Shown: in pieces, positions 36,961-48,066 of the stretch
Numbering within the stretch: the stretch's first letter is position 1
Layout: each line of letters opens with the position of its first letter
DNA from: Macrostomum hystrix
Taxonomy: Eukaryota; Animalia; Platyhelminthes
Assembly: GCA_950097015.1 (NCBI GenBank)
Contig: CATNEN010000002.1
Coordinates: 8,494,001 to 8,558,000 of the forward strand
DNA length: 64,000 bases
Reading direction: 5' to 3'
Notes under the pieces: generated by a model
Database searches by the model: none
Told to the model about the DNA's origin: nothing
What the model saw: only the letters and a program-made list of their open reading frames with translations
Position numbers and translations under genes: made by a program

Positions 36961-37264
36961 GTGACTGGAGTGCTTAGAAGCGGATGAAGCTGAGCGGAGT
37001 GAACGGGCTTTCTAGGCAGGGCTTGTGATGGCCCGCGGTCACCAGTCCTCAAAAGTTTCTCGAGGTTGGGGTCTGGCTGTAGAGATGGGATTAATTATTT
37101 TTTTATTTTATGCAAGCCTAAAGTTAACCGAATAATATACATTTGTAAGAATTATGCGTTTCATCCTACTTGACAATGTCAGTAGTGCAGTACAAACTTT
37201 AGGTCATCATTCACTAAGTGCTGTCCGTGTGACCTCACTAGGTCCTGCATCGGATAGTTACTAT

Positions 37265-37690
37265 AAGGGCTGGGTAGGGGAAGAATGGGAATCCCTGGTG
37301 TAGGGGAAGAACGGGAATCTCTGGGGTAGGGGAAGAATGGGAATCTCTGGGGTAGGGGAAGAACGGGAATCTCTGGGGTAGGGGAAGAATGGGAATCCCT
37401 GGGGTAGGGGAAGAACGGGAATCCCTGGTGTAGGGGAAGAATGGGAATCCCTGGGGTAGGGGAAGAACGGGAATCTCTGGGGTAGGGGAAGAATGGGAAT
37501 CTCTGGGGTAGGGGAAGAATGGGAATCCTTGGGGTAGGGGAAGAATGGGAATCTCTGGGGTAGGGGAAGAACGGGAATCTCTGGGGTAGGGGAAGAATGG
37601 GAATCCTTGGGGTAGGGGAAGAATGGGAATCCTTGGGGTAGGGGAAGAATGGGAATCCTTGGGGTAGGGGAAGAACGGGAATCTCTGGGG
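37265..37690. repeat. 26-bp G-rich minisatellite (GGGGTAGGGGAAGAATGGGAATCTCT)n
   Basis: About 16 tandem units. Confidence 0.95.
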
Positions 37691-38261
37691 CTGGGGGTCG
37701 AATAGGAATCCCTACTGCTCACGACGAAACAGTTTTTTTAGGCGTTGTGTTTTATTGAGTGACGACCCAAAGTCAATTGTTCAGGGAATACTTTATTTCG
37801 ATCTTCCTAACCTGTTGATAATTATTTATAATAGTTGACTTCGCAATGAATAACTTCTATTGTCCGTTCCAGATATGTAATCGGGATTCGTAAGACAAAA
37901 TTAGAGATGAACAAAATGTAAAAGGTGTGCCAATCTTTCTGAGGAGATGAATAAAGTTCTCCAGTAGGGTGGCTCTATTAGCAACACAAGCATTGGCACA
38001 GTTCTTTACTTCTGCTGACCTCCCCGCCTGTTGCCTTCGCTCTGCCACCGCTTTTCATCTCCATCCGGGCCTCCAGGAGGGCCCATTGTTATTCTGGCTT
38101 CTTCTCTGTAAAGGAGGCTTTGTATTTTTAGTGGCGTTTTCATTTTATTAATTAATTTTCCACATCATGCGTGTCTCTTTCTTGCTTCTTTGTTCCAGGT
38201 TTTCGGCGTCTATAAAGACAAAAGGTTGCACACACACACACACAGACAGAGTTTTCACTTT

Positions 38262-38790
38262 TACATATATATAGAAAAGTGAAAACTCTGTCTGTCTGTC
38301 TGTCTGTGTGTGTGCAACCTTTTGTCTTTATAGACGCCGAAACCGCTCAACCAAATCGCACCAAACTTTGCACATACCTAAAACCACCTACGCTGAGTGC
38401 AATAGGCTACTCAAATTCCCGAAAAATCATTTCCTTCCTGCTCAAAAGTGCAAAAAACTGCTCAAAAATCGTTAAAAAATCACTCAATTCGACATATCGT
38501 CGCCCCACTTTGTCAGATTTTCTCCAAATTTGATCCACTTACACTTTACATGTTTTCCAACAATGCTGTCAATTTTGAACATCTCAACTCAATCCAGAGC
38601 AAAGCTGCATCATCTCAAAGTGAGTCACTTTTTGTTTTCCGAGGACAGCCACCCCAACTCCCCTCCGCCACTCTGCGGAGTGGCGGAGACATCTGACAGC
38701 CAATTTTATAAGACATCTGACAGCCAGTCAGCCTATAGCGGTCCGGACAATGGGCTGCTTTTCCTAACACAATGAAAACTGCCGCAGAAG
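38262..38790 (+). mobile_element. HINE/DINE-1-like (Helentron-associated) non-autonomous element
   Basis: (TA)n start, (CTGT)n microsatellite, AAACCGCTCAACCAAATCGCACCAAACTTTGCACA core and a GC-rich subterminal hairpin CTCCGCCACTC-TGCG-GAGTGGCGGAG at 38663-38688. Confidence 0.5.
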
Positions 38791-39149
38791 GGCTGTTCAT
38801 TTTCTTAATTCAAATGGCCCGCTTTGCATCGAGACGAGCTGAAACGAGCTGAAACGAGCTGAAACGAGCTGAGACGAGCTGAAGCGTGCCGCGTGCAAGA
38901 ATTTATAATTTATTCGAAACCAAACCAGATGACTCACAATAAGCTGCAGGAACTGTGTGCAAACTCCATGTTCATCTGTCACTCACTGTCCACAGTAACA
39001 GACTAATAAGCCACATACAATGGCTGGCTGGCAAGCCTCTCATTGCTTGTTGCCTACATCATCCAATCTTTGTCTCGTTTCAGCTCAGTAGTACGGGCTC
39101 GCAATATGTGTAAAGGCTTCTGGCCGCATCTTTGAATATGAATCGTGTG

Positions 39150-39525
39150 ATGTACCGGGTATATGCTGTGATGTACTGGGTATATGCTGTGATGTACCGG
39201 GTATATGCTGTGATGTACCGGGTATATGCTGTGATGTACCGGGTATATGCTGTGATGTACCGGGTATATGCTGTGATGTACCGGGTATATGCTGTGATGT
39301 ACCGGGTATATGCTGTGATGTACCGGGTATATGCTGTGATGTACTGGGTATATGCTGTGATGTACCGGGTATATGCTGTGATGTACTGGGTATATGCTGT
39401 GATGTACCGGGTATATGCTGTGATGTACCGGGTATATGCTGTGATGTACCGGGTATATGCTGTGATGTACCGGGTATATGCTGTGATGTACCGGGTATAT
39501 GCTGTGATGTACCGGGTATATCCTG
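39150..39525. repeat. 21-bp minisatellite (GTGATGTACCGGGTATATGCT)n
   Basis: About 18 tandem units. Confidence 0.95.
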
Positions 39526-39754
39526 TGATGCTTGGGGTGAGCAGTGAGGGTGAGGGCAGTGGGAGCATTGGTTTGTATCTTCAAAAAGTATCTGAAGCGC
39601 TGACAGAACAAGGTCATCAGAAAGTGAGGACCACACAAAGGACGGCAGTCACAATGCTGCCCAGGAACCGGAGAAGACTGGCTGCGCGGCACCCCATGGA
39701 TCCCCGTTTCCATGGTGACAGGTTGCAGAGCGTTTGCTCATCCCCCCTTTTAGG

Positions 39755-39848
39755 GACTGGGATCAGGGACTGGGATCAAGGACTGGGATCAGGGACTGGG
39801 ATCAGGGACTGGGATCAGGGACTGGGATCAGGGACTGGGATCAGGGAT
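39755..39848. repeat. 13-bp minisatellite (GGGACTGGGATCA)n
   Basis: About 7 tandem units. Confidence 0.9.
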
Positions 39849-39882
39849 TGGCCATCAACGCCGATGGTTCAAACCGGATCAG

Positions 39883-40639
39883 AAGCTCAATAGAAACCTA
39901 GCCGTCGGGCTGTCTGAGATAGCAAAGCAGAACCCACTGCTCAGCATAATCACTGTATGGGAATGGAGCGGAGTGGAAGCACTCAAAGACTTTTGTGAAT
40001 TGTTAGAACCTCTGCACAGACGCCGGCTGGGAATGTGTATCGCATATGATAAATCACAACTCAAACGATACCATCGTCACAGCCTTCAACACTGGGTTCT
40101 GGCAGCTGGAGCACGAGTGTTTCAGCGCATCAGACAAGGACCACTATCTCTTGACGAAGCTCAGGATGACAGCGAACAATATGCTCTTGGCCTACTTCTC
40201 TGTGCATCTGCCACATAAGATCGATAAGGGGAAGCAAGATAATTATGGACCATTAAAAGCAGCGATCAAAAATATTTGCACCGATGCAGACATGATCATG
40301 ATTGGTGGCGATTGGAACATTGTGCCTGCTTTGATCCGCCAGAATATTCTTTCTGACATTTGCCTCGCCTTTGAAAATGAAGATGGCAACACAAGCGCTT
40401 CAAGTAGAGACTATCCAATCGATAACTTCGCACTGATCCGGCCAGCACGCTCGAGACTACAGAATATGCCACAATTTGGTGTACGGCGTATGATGACAAA
40501 CCTGCGAGACGAATGGACAACGCATGCTCCGATCTGGGCGGAGCTTCGACTTCCTCCAATGAGGTCTGAGTTGCCTGACATTCAGGAACTGATCGGATGG
40601 CACGTTTGCCGACGAGTACGCGTCCTGATAATTCACTAG
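39883..40639 (+). pseudogene. Exonuclease-endonuclease-phosphatase (EEP) fold protein with a +1 frame break near 40060
   Basis: First frame: ...SIITVWEW...GMCIAYDKSQL. Second frame: YFSVHLP, IMIGGDWN, PIDNF and TTHAPIWAEL, matching EEP motifs H, GDxN, ID and (S/T)xHxP. May be an assembly indel in an intact gene. Confidence 0.6.
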
Positions 40640-40749
40640 ATAAGTTAGCAATTTCTATAGTGTTCTCCATTTTCTTGTACGATTACAAACCTAGAGAAAA
40701 TAGATTATAGTGTGTCAGTCTAATAGTTCAAAATGATAAGACGAATAAA

Positions 40750-41900
40750 ACATCTAACAGCTTGAATATCTAACAGCTTGAATATCTAACAGCTTGAATA
40801 TCTAACAGCTTGAATATCTAACAGCTTGAATATCTAACAGCTTGAATATCTAACAGCTTGAATATCTAACAGCTTGAATATCTAACAGCTTGAATATCTA
40901 ACAGCTTGAATATCTAACAGCTTGAATATCTAACAGCTTGAATATCTAACAGCTTGAATATCTAACAGCTTGAATATCTAACAGCTTGAATATCTAACAG
41001 CTTGAATATCTAACAGCTTGAATATCTAACAGCTTGAATATCTAACAGCTTGAATATCTAACAGCTTGAATATCTAACAGCTTCAATATCTAACAGCTTC
41101 AATATCTAACAGCTTGAATATCTAACAGCTTCAATATCTAACAGCTTGAATATCTAACAGCTTCAATATCTAACAGCTTGAATATCTAACAGCTTGAATA
41201 TCTAACAGCTTGAATATCTAACAGCTTGAATATCTAACAGCTTCAATATCTTACAGCTTGAATATCTAACAGCTTGAATATCTAACAGCTTGAATATCTA
41301 ACAGCTTGAATATCTAACAGCTTGAATATCTAACAGCTTGAATATCTAACAGCTTGAATATCTAACAGCTTGAATATCTAACAGCTTGAATATCTAACAG
41401 CTTGAATATCTAACAGCTTGAATATCTAACAGCTTGAATATCTAACAGCTTGAATATCTAACAGCTTAAATATCTAACAGCTTGAATATCTAACAGCTTC
41501 AATATCTAACAGCTTGAATATCTAACAGCTTGAATATCTAACAGCTTCAATATCTAACAGCTTGAATATCTAACAGCTTGAATATCTAACAGCTTGAATA
41601 TCTAACAGCTTGAATATCTAACAGCTTTAATATCTAACAGCTTCAATATCTAACAGCTTGAATATCTAACAGCTTCAATATCTAACAGCTTCAATATCTA
41701 ACAGATTCAGTATCTAACAGCTTTAATATCTAACGGCTTGAATATCTAACGGCTTGAATATCTAACAGCTTGAATATCTAACAGCTTCAATATCTAACAG
41801 CTTGAATATCTAACAGCTTCAATATCTAACAGCTTGAATATCTAACAGCTTCAATATCTAACAGCTTGAATATCTAACAGCTTCAATATCTAACAGCTTT
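40750..41900. repeat. 16-bp satellite (CAGCTTGAATATCTAA)n
   Basis: About 70 highly homogeneous tandem units. Confidence 0.97.
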
Positions 41901-42768
41901 CAAGAACTGAGGAAGAACTTAGCTGGCGTAAAAGATTACGACAGCTGCTCTAACTTTGCAGAAATCATTAGGCAATTGTAATTTTTTTCGACAAACAATT
42001 GATTCTCTGCGGAGTACTCACAACTCCTAATTTGAGTTTTGGTTGGTGCTCTCGGGAAAGGAATTTAGAGTGAACGAGACACATTTCTCTCCTCTCCTTT
42101 CTCGACCCAAGGAAAAAGAAGTTCCCTGTTGGAGTTGTATGGTCAGCCTTATAAAAAGAGCATATTGTGTGATCCACGCGCCAGCTAACCTATCCAGCGC
42201 TAATAGCATGCAGCAACTTCTTATTTTTGGATTGCTCAATCTCTGGATCTTGCCATGGATGTTGAAATGCAATTGCTCGGACACCCCTCGCGAAGCCAGC
42301 TATCAACAGTTTGACTTGTTTGACTTGTTTGACTAAAATAGAAAATGAGCTCGGGAGAGCGTAGAAGAAAACGGAGTGGCTAGGAGTTGTTCTGCGTGGT
42401 GACTGAAAAAGCAAAATTGGGGAGAAAAAGCAGGCGCTCACCCTGAAACCAGCTGTTTCTGTTGCTGCTGTTTTATATTGTTGCATAGGATTAGTTAAAA
42501 GCAACTACGAAAGGCATTCTGTCTTCTGCTGCAAGGCTGTGCAGTTACCCAGAATTTTGAGGTCGCTGTATAGGATTTGCCACGTCGCTTACCACATAAA
42601 AAATCGATAATCTGTCGCTTATATTTTTCAGTTTTTATCAATGTAAACTGTCTACTCTCATTTCTTTCAGCAGTCTTCCAAGCTTTTTTTGAAGCGTGCA
42701 ATACAAAACCAAACCCTTCTCCCAAACACCTGCAAAACCAATCTAACCACAGAATTTTCTTGCTTGAA

Positions 42769-43218
42769 TCATTCTGCTCTCTCAACCCCCAGCTCTCTCA
42801 GCAGTCGTCCTAGTTCTTTATTAGGAGCATGCAATACAAAACCCACCAAACAGCCGCCAAGCCCCAAGCCCAACTTTGTCTTACCAAAAATAGCAGCTTT
42901 AACTAGCTTTCGAGCGATCGATTCCTCCCTCCCGCTTGAATCCCCCATATTGTCTCGCATTCTGAGCATTTCTTTGTCCCAGCGAGTCTTCTCCTCTGGA
43001 AAATCCCTATACTTAATATCATGCCACATGCAGACAGAGTCTAGCTCGTTCACAGGCTCATGCCCAGGATTTGGATTATTGTTTTTATCTAGCTGTATTT
43101 CAAGCGGATTCACAGGCCCGCAATATTTGTAGCCGGGAATTGTCCAGCCTTTGTTTGGATGAGGAAGCTTTTCTACCAGCCCATGTGAATCTAGTTTACC
43201 ACCAGAGCGGTGCATCAT
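42769..43218 (-). CDS. Parvovirus VP1u/Polinton (adintovirus PLA2X)-type phospholipase A2
   Basis: GWTIPGYKYCGPVNPL (Ca-binding loop YxGPx), EPVNELDSVCMWHDIKY (catalytic HD), downstream DKEML and terminal GKTKLGLGL. Intronless. Confidence 0.8.
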   Translation of the reverse strand: MMHRSGGKLDSHGLVEKLPHPNKGWTIPGYKYCGPVNPLEIQLDKNNNPNPGHEPVNELDSVCMWHDIKYRDFPEEKTRWDKEMLRMRDNMGDSSGREESIARKLVKAAIFGKTKLGLGLGGCLVGFVLHAPNKELGRLLRELGVERAE

Positions 43219-43364
43219 TTTTATTCAAAATGTAATTAAAAAAATAACGACAGAGTAGAGACTTCAAAAGCTCTACTACAGCGACAAAGGATTCTTTGTA
43301 GGAAAAAATGCAGTCACCAAACTCGCAGAACTAAGCAATGAATCAAAACAAACAAATCCTACAA

Positions 43365-43835
43365 TAATCCTACAAGAATCCTACAAGAATCCTTCAAGAA
43401 TCCTACAAGAATCCTACAAGAATCCTTCAAGAATCCTACAAGAATCCTACAAGAATCCTACAAGAATCCTACAAGAATCCTACAAGAATCCTGCAAGAAT
43501 CCTACAATAATCCTACAAGAATCCTGCAAGAATTCTACAAGAATCCTACAAGAATCCTACAATAATCCTTCAAGAATCCTACAAGAATCCTTCAAGAATC
43601 CTACAAGAATCCTTCAAGAATCCTACAAGAATCCTACAATAATCCTTCAAGAATCCTGCAAGAATCCTGCAAGAATCCTACAAGAATCCTGCAAGAATCC
43701 TGCAAGAATCCTACAAGAATCCTACAATAATCCTAGAGAATCCTACAAGAATCCTACAAGAATCCTACAAGAATCCTACAAGAATCCTACAAGAATCCTA
43801 CAAGAATCCTACAAGAATCCTACAAGAATCCTACA
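43365..43835. repeat. 11-bp satellite (AATCCTACAAG)n
   Basis: About 42 tandem units. Confidence 0.95.
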
Positions 43836-44174
43836 AAAATTCCTTGCAGAATTTCCAGAGGGTTCGAGGCTCGGACCGAGGTCTGCATGTGAGCATTTTC
43901 GTGGCCAGCTGCTGGTGAAAATTACTCCACCTAAGAATCGTGAAAATTCCCAAAGTGTGAGCTGGCTCTCACACTCACTCAATTCTCGCAGCACGCCACA
44001 CATCAGTTTCATGCTGAAATAATGTATACTCACTCTTACAGTTCAAGCTGTCAATTCCCTAATGCCCCGTACTCTCATGCGCTAGAGACTTAATGGCTTC
44101 CATAGCAACGAAAATCAATACAAGGCGAAAGCAATATGGGCTTGCTAGCGCAGAGACAAAGCCAGACCCTGCTC

Positions 44175-45715
44175 AGCCTGCTCTTCCCTGTCTCGTCTCT
44201 CCCCTGTCTTATGTCTCCCCTGCCTCATCTCTCCCCTGTCTCATCTCTCCCCTGCCACATCTCTCCCCTGCCACATCTCTCCCCTGTCTCATCTCTCCCC
44301 TGCCACATCTCTCCCCTGCCTCATCTCTCCCCTGCCTCATATCTCTCCTGTCTCATCTCTCCCCTGCCTCATCTCTCCCCTGCCTCATCTCTCCCCTGTC
44401 TCATCTCTCCCCTGCGTCATCTCTCCCCTGTCTCATTTCTCCCTGCGTCATCCCTCTCCTGTCTCATCTCTCCCCAGCCTCATCTCTCCACTGTCTGATC
44501 TCTCCCCTGCCTCATCTCTCCCCTGCCACATCTCTCCCCTGTCTCATCTCTCCCCTGTCTCATCTCTCCCCTGCCCCATCTCTCCCCTGTCTTATCTCTC
44601 CCCTGTCTCATCTCTCCCCAGCCTCATCTCTCCCCTGTCTCATCTCTCCCCTGCGTCATCTCTCCCCTGCCTCATCTCTCCCCTGCCTCATCTCTCCCCT
44701 GCCTCATCTCTCCCCTGCCTCATCTCTCCCCTGTCTCATCTCTCCCCTGTCTCATCTCTCCCCTGCCTCATCTCTCCCCTGTCTCATCTCTCCCCTGCGT
44801 CATCTCTCCCCTGCCTCATCTCTCCCCTGCCACATCTCTCCCCTGCCTCATCTCTCCCCTGCCTCATCTCTCCCCTGTCTCATCTCTCCCCTGTCTCATC
44901 TCTCCCCTGCCTCATCTCTCCCCTGTCTCATCTCTCCCCTGCGTCATCTCTCCCCTGTCTCATTTCTCCCTGCGTCATCCCTCTCCTGTCTCATCTCTCC
45001 CCAGCCTCATCTCTCCACTGTCTGATCTCTCCCCTGCCTCATCTCTCCCCTGCCACATCTCTCCCCTGTCTCATCTCTCCCCTGTCTCATCTCTCCCCTG
45101 CCCCATCTCTCCCCTGTCTTATCTCTCCCCTGTCTCATCTCTCCCCAGCCTCATCTCTCCCCTGTCTCATCTCTCCCCTGCGTCATCTCTCCCCTGCCTC
45201 ATCTCTCCCCTGCCTCATCTCTCCCCTGCCTCATCTCTCCCCTGCCTCATCTCTCCCCTGTCTCATCTCTCCCCTGTCTCATCTCTCCCCTGCCTCATCT
45301 CTCCCCTGTCTCATCTCTCCCCTGCGTCATCTCTCCCCTGCCTCATCTCTCCCCTGCCTCATCTCTCCCCTGCCTCATCTCTCCCCTGCCTCATCTCTCC
45401 CCTGTCTCATCTCTCCCCTGTCTCATCTCTCCCCTGCCTCATCTCTCCCCTGTCTCATCTCTCCCCTGCCTCATCTCTCCCCTGTCTCATCTCTCCCCTG
45501 CGTCATCTCTCCCCTGCCTCATCTCTCCCCTGCGTCATCTCTCCCTGCGTCATCCCTCTCCTGTCTCATCTCTCCCCTGTCTCATCTCTCCCCTGCCCCA
45601 TCTCTCCCCTGTCTTATCTCTCCCCTGTCTCATCTCTCCCCAGCCTCATCTCTCCACTGTCTGATCTCTTTCTGCCTCATCTCTCCACTGTCTGATCTCT
45701 CCCCTGCCTCATCTA
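44175..45715. repeat. 16-bp satellite (CTCATCTCTCCCCTG[T/C])n
   Basis: About 95 units, same family as 25470-27932. Source of the SSLPCLISPL ORFs. Confidence 0.97.
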
Positions 45716-46424
45716 AAAATAGAGTGATCAGAGATCATTTTTTAAATAACTTTTATAAATAGCGTCTCTTAGCAACAAAACACCTAGGAGCTAGAAGGCA
45801 GACTAGTAGGGAAGACGAGGAAGTCTTCAATACTGCTCTATTCTGGTTGCCCCACCCCAGCTGCGCAGCCGAGCCACCCCAGCCGCTAGTGAGTGAGTTA
45901 GTGTTCCTTCTGTCCTATCTCTCAGTTCAGAAGGAAGCCAGGAAATTGCCCAGCCAGTCATAGCTGGGGATTCAATCCGGGGTCCAATAGAAAGGCTCGG
46001 CAGGTTTAGCCTGTTGCCAAAGCCAAGGCCATATAATTAACATCTACAGCAATTGCAGCTCGCACGAATTGCCCACTGCGCTTGATGTGAGCTTCGACTC
46101 TGCAACTGCTCAGCACGGTAAGTGGCATCAGTGGGAGCAATAGGAATGCGGTACTAGGCTTCGCACGCGCGAAGCTTATCGAGTGCAAATACATTCGCCC
46201 CTGTGTACCCTTGGCAAAATATGCTGCCAAGTAGCTGATTGTTGGAGTAACACAAAGCTTGATTGCTTGAGTGAGTGAGTCGTTTACAGGTGGCATTTGA
46301 CACCCAACAGCAGTGGAGTTGGGGCTATTGTGATTCTCCAAATGTGATTGTGATCTAAGAAAATATTTGTACAATGTACTAAGGCGGAGAGAAACATCAT
46401 TCTATATACCTTACTACCTATATT

Positions 46425-46515
46425 TGAAGGAGGTTGTAGCGTCCTGGATTCCCGAGAGGTTCGATTCCCGACTCCAGTGGAACAATATGTGTACTTTAGC
46501 AAGATACTTAATTTA
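46425..46515 (+). mobile_element. SINE family B 5' fragment
   Basis: GGTTCGATTCCCGACTCCAGTGGAACAATATGTGTACTTTAGCAAGATACTTAA matches 29880-29935. Confidence 0.6.
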
Positions 46516-47605
46516 AGATAGGAGTGCGGTTCTGGGCTTCAGGTGCAGCTTATCGAGTGTAAATAGGAATGCGGTTCCGGGCTTCAGGTGCAGCTTATCG
46601 AGTGTAAATAGGAGTGCGGTTCCGGGCTTCAGGTGCAGCTTATCGAGTGTAAATAGGAGTGCGGTTCTGGGCTTCAGGTGCAGCTTATCGAGTGTAAATA
46701 GGAGTGCGGTTCTGGGCTTCAGGTGCAGCTTATCGAGTGTAAATAGGAATGTGGTTCTGGGCTTCAGGTGCAGCTTATCGAGTGTAAATAGGAATGCGGT
46801 TCCGGGCTTCAGGTGCAGCTTATCGAGTGTAAATAGGAGTGCGGTTCCGGGCTTCAGGTGCAGCTTATCGAGTGTAAATAGGAGTGCGGTTCTGGGCTTC
46901 AGGTGCAGCTTATCGAGTGTGAATAGGAATGTGGTTCTGGGCTTCAGTTGCAGCTTATCGAGTGTAAATAGGAATGCGGTTCTGGGCTTCAGGTGCAGCT
47001 TATCGAGTGTAAATAGGAATGCAGTTCCGGGCTTCAGGTGCAGCTTATCGAGTGTGAATAGGAGTGCAGTTCCGGGCTTCAGGTGCAGCTTATCGAGTGT
47101 AAATAGGAGTGCAGTTCCGGGCTTCAGGTGCAGCTTATCGAGTGTAAATAGGAGTGCAGTTCCGGGCTTCAGGTGCAGCTTATCGAGTGTAAATAGGAGT
47201 GCAGTTCCGGGCTTCAGGTGCAGCTTATCGAGTGTAAATAGGAGTGCAGTTCCGGGCTTCAGGTGCAGCTTATCGAGTGTAAATAGGAGTGCAGTTCCGG
47301 GCTTCAGGTGCAGCTTATCGAGTGTAAATAGGAGTGCAGTTCCGGGCTTCAGGTGCAGCTTATCGAGTGTAAATAGGAGTGCAGTTCCGGGCTTCAGGTG
47401 CAGCTTATCGAGTGTAAATAGGAGTGCAGTTCCGGGCTTCAGGTGCAGCTTATCGAGTGTAAATAGGAGTGCAGTTCCGGGCTTCAGGTGCAGCTTATCG
47501 AGTGTAAATAGGAGTGCAGTTCCGGGCTTCAGGTGCAGCTTATCGAGTGTAAATAGGAGTGCGGTTCCGGGCTTCAGGTGCAGCTTATCGAGTGTAAATA
47601 GGAAT
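46515..47605. repeat. 45-bp minisatellite (GGGCTTCAGGTGCAGCTTATCGAGTGTAAATAGGAGTGCAGTTCC)n
   Basis: About 24 tandem units with no unique spacers. The unit is a multiple of 3 and stop-free in some frames, which explains the long ORFs on both strands. Confidence 0.97.
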
Positions 47606-48066
47606 AAGAGTACAGCTGTCACTCATTTTCGGACTCGACTGTAGGAAGCATTGAAGCATTGAAAATTAATGAGATGCAGAAGTTGCGGATATACAAACTG
47701 AGTCGGGACTGTAGCCGGATCCAAAGCCGGAGCTGCATTGGGAAATTCAGTACGTTTGCTGTCCCACCTGTGTCCCCTTGGCAAAAGGTGCTCCCATAAC
47801 TGATCCCAAACTGCTGATTGTTGGACTAGCTTAAAAGTTTGATTGAGTTTTATGCTGAGGGCATTTGAGCAAAAACAGGTAAAGCGCAGTTATTGTCTTG
47901 GTAAAATATTATTTTAAGTATCGAGTGCCAAATGATCTAGCTTTTATGCAGCAGGTCAATTTTCAGTTCAGTCATTGTGCCTATTTGAGCACAAGTAACA
48001 ACTGATCATAACTGTGACACGATATTTCCAAACATTCTTTCAGTTTGACTCCAGCCCAACTGCAGA

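Noticed and set aside
37265-37690. G-quadruplex potential of the G-rich minisatellite as a functional element
   Set aside because: G-tracts are present, but nothing in the sequence links them to a promoter or other function. Recorded only as a repeat.
46515-47605. CRISPR-like appearance of the 45-bp array (also the 43-bp array at 22505 and the 42-bp array at 62175)
   Set aside because: Units are directly tandem with no unique spacers, there are no cas genes, and the context is eukaryotic.
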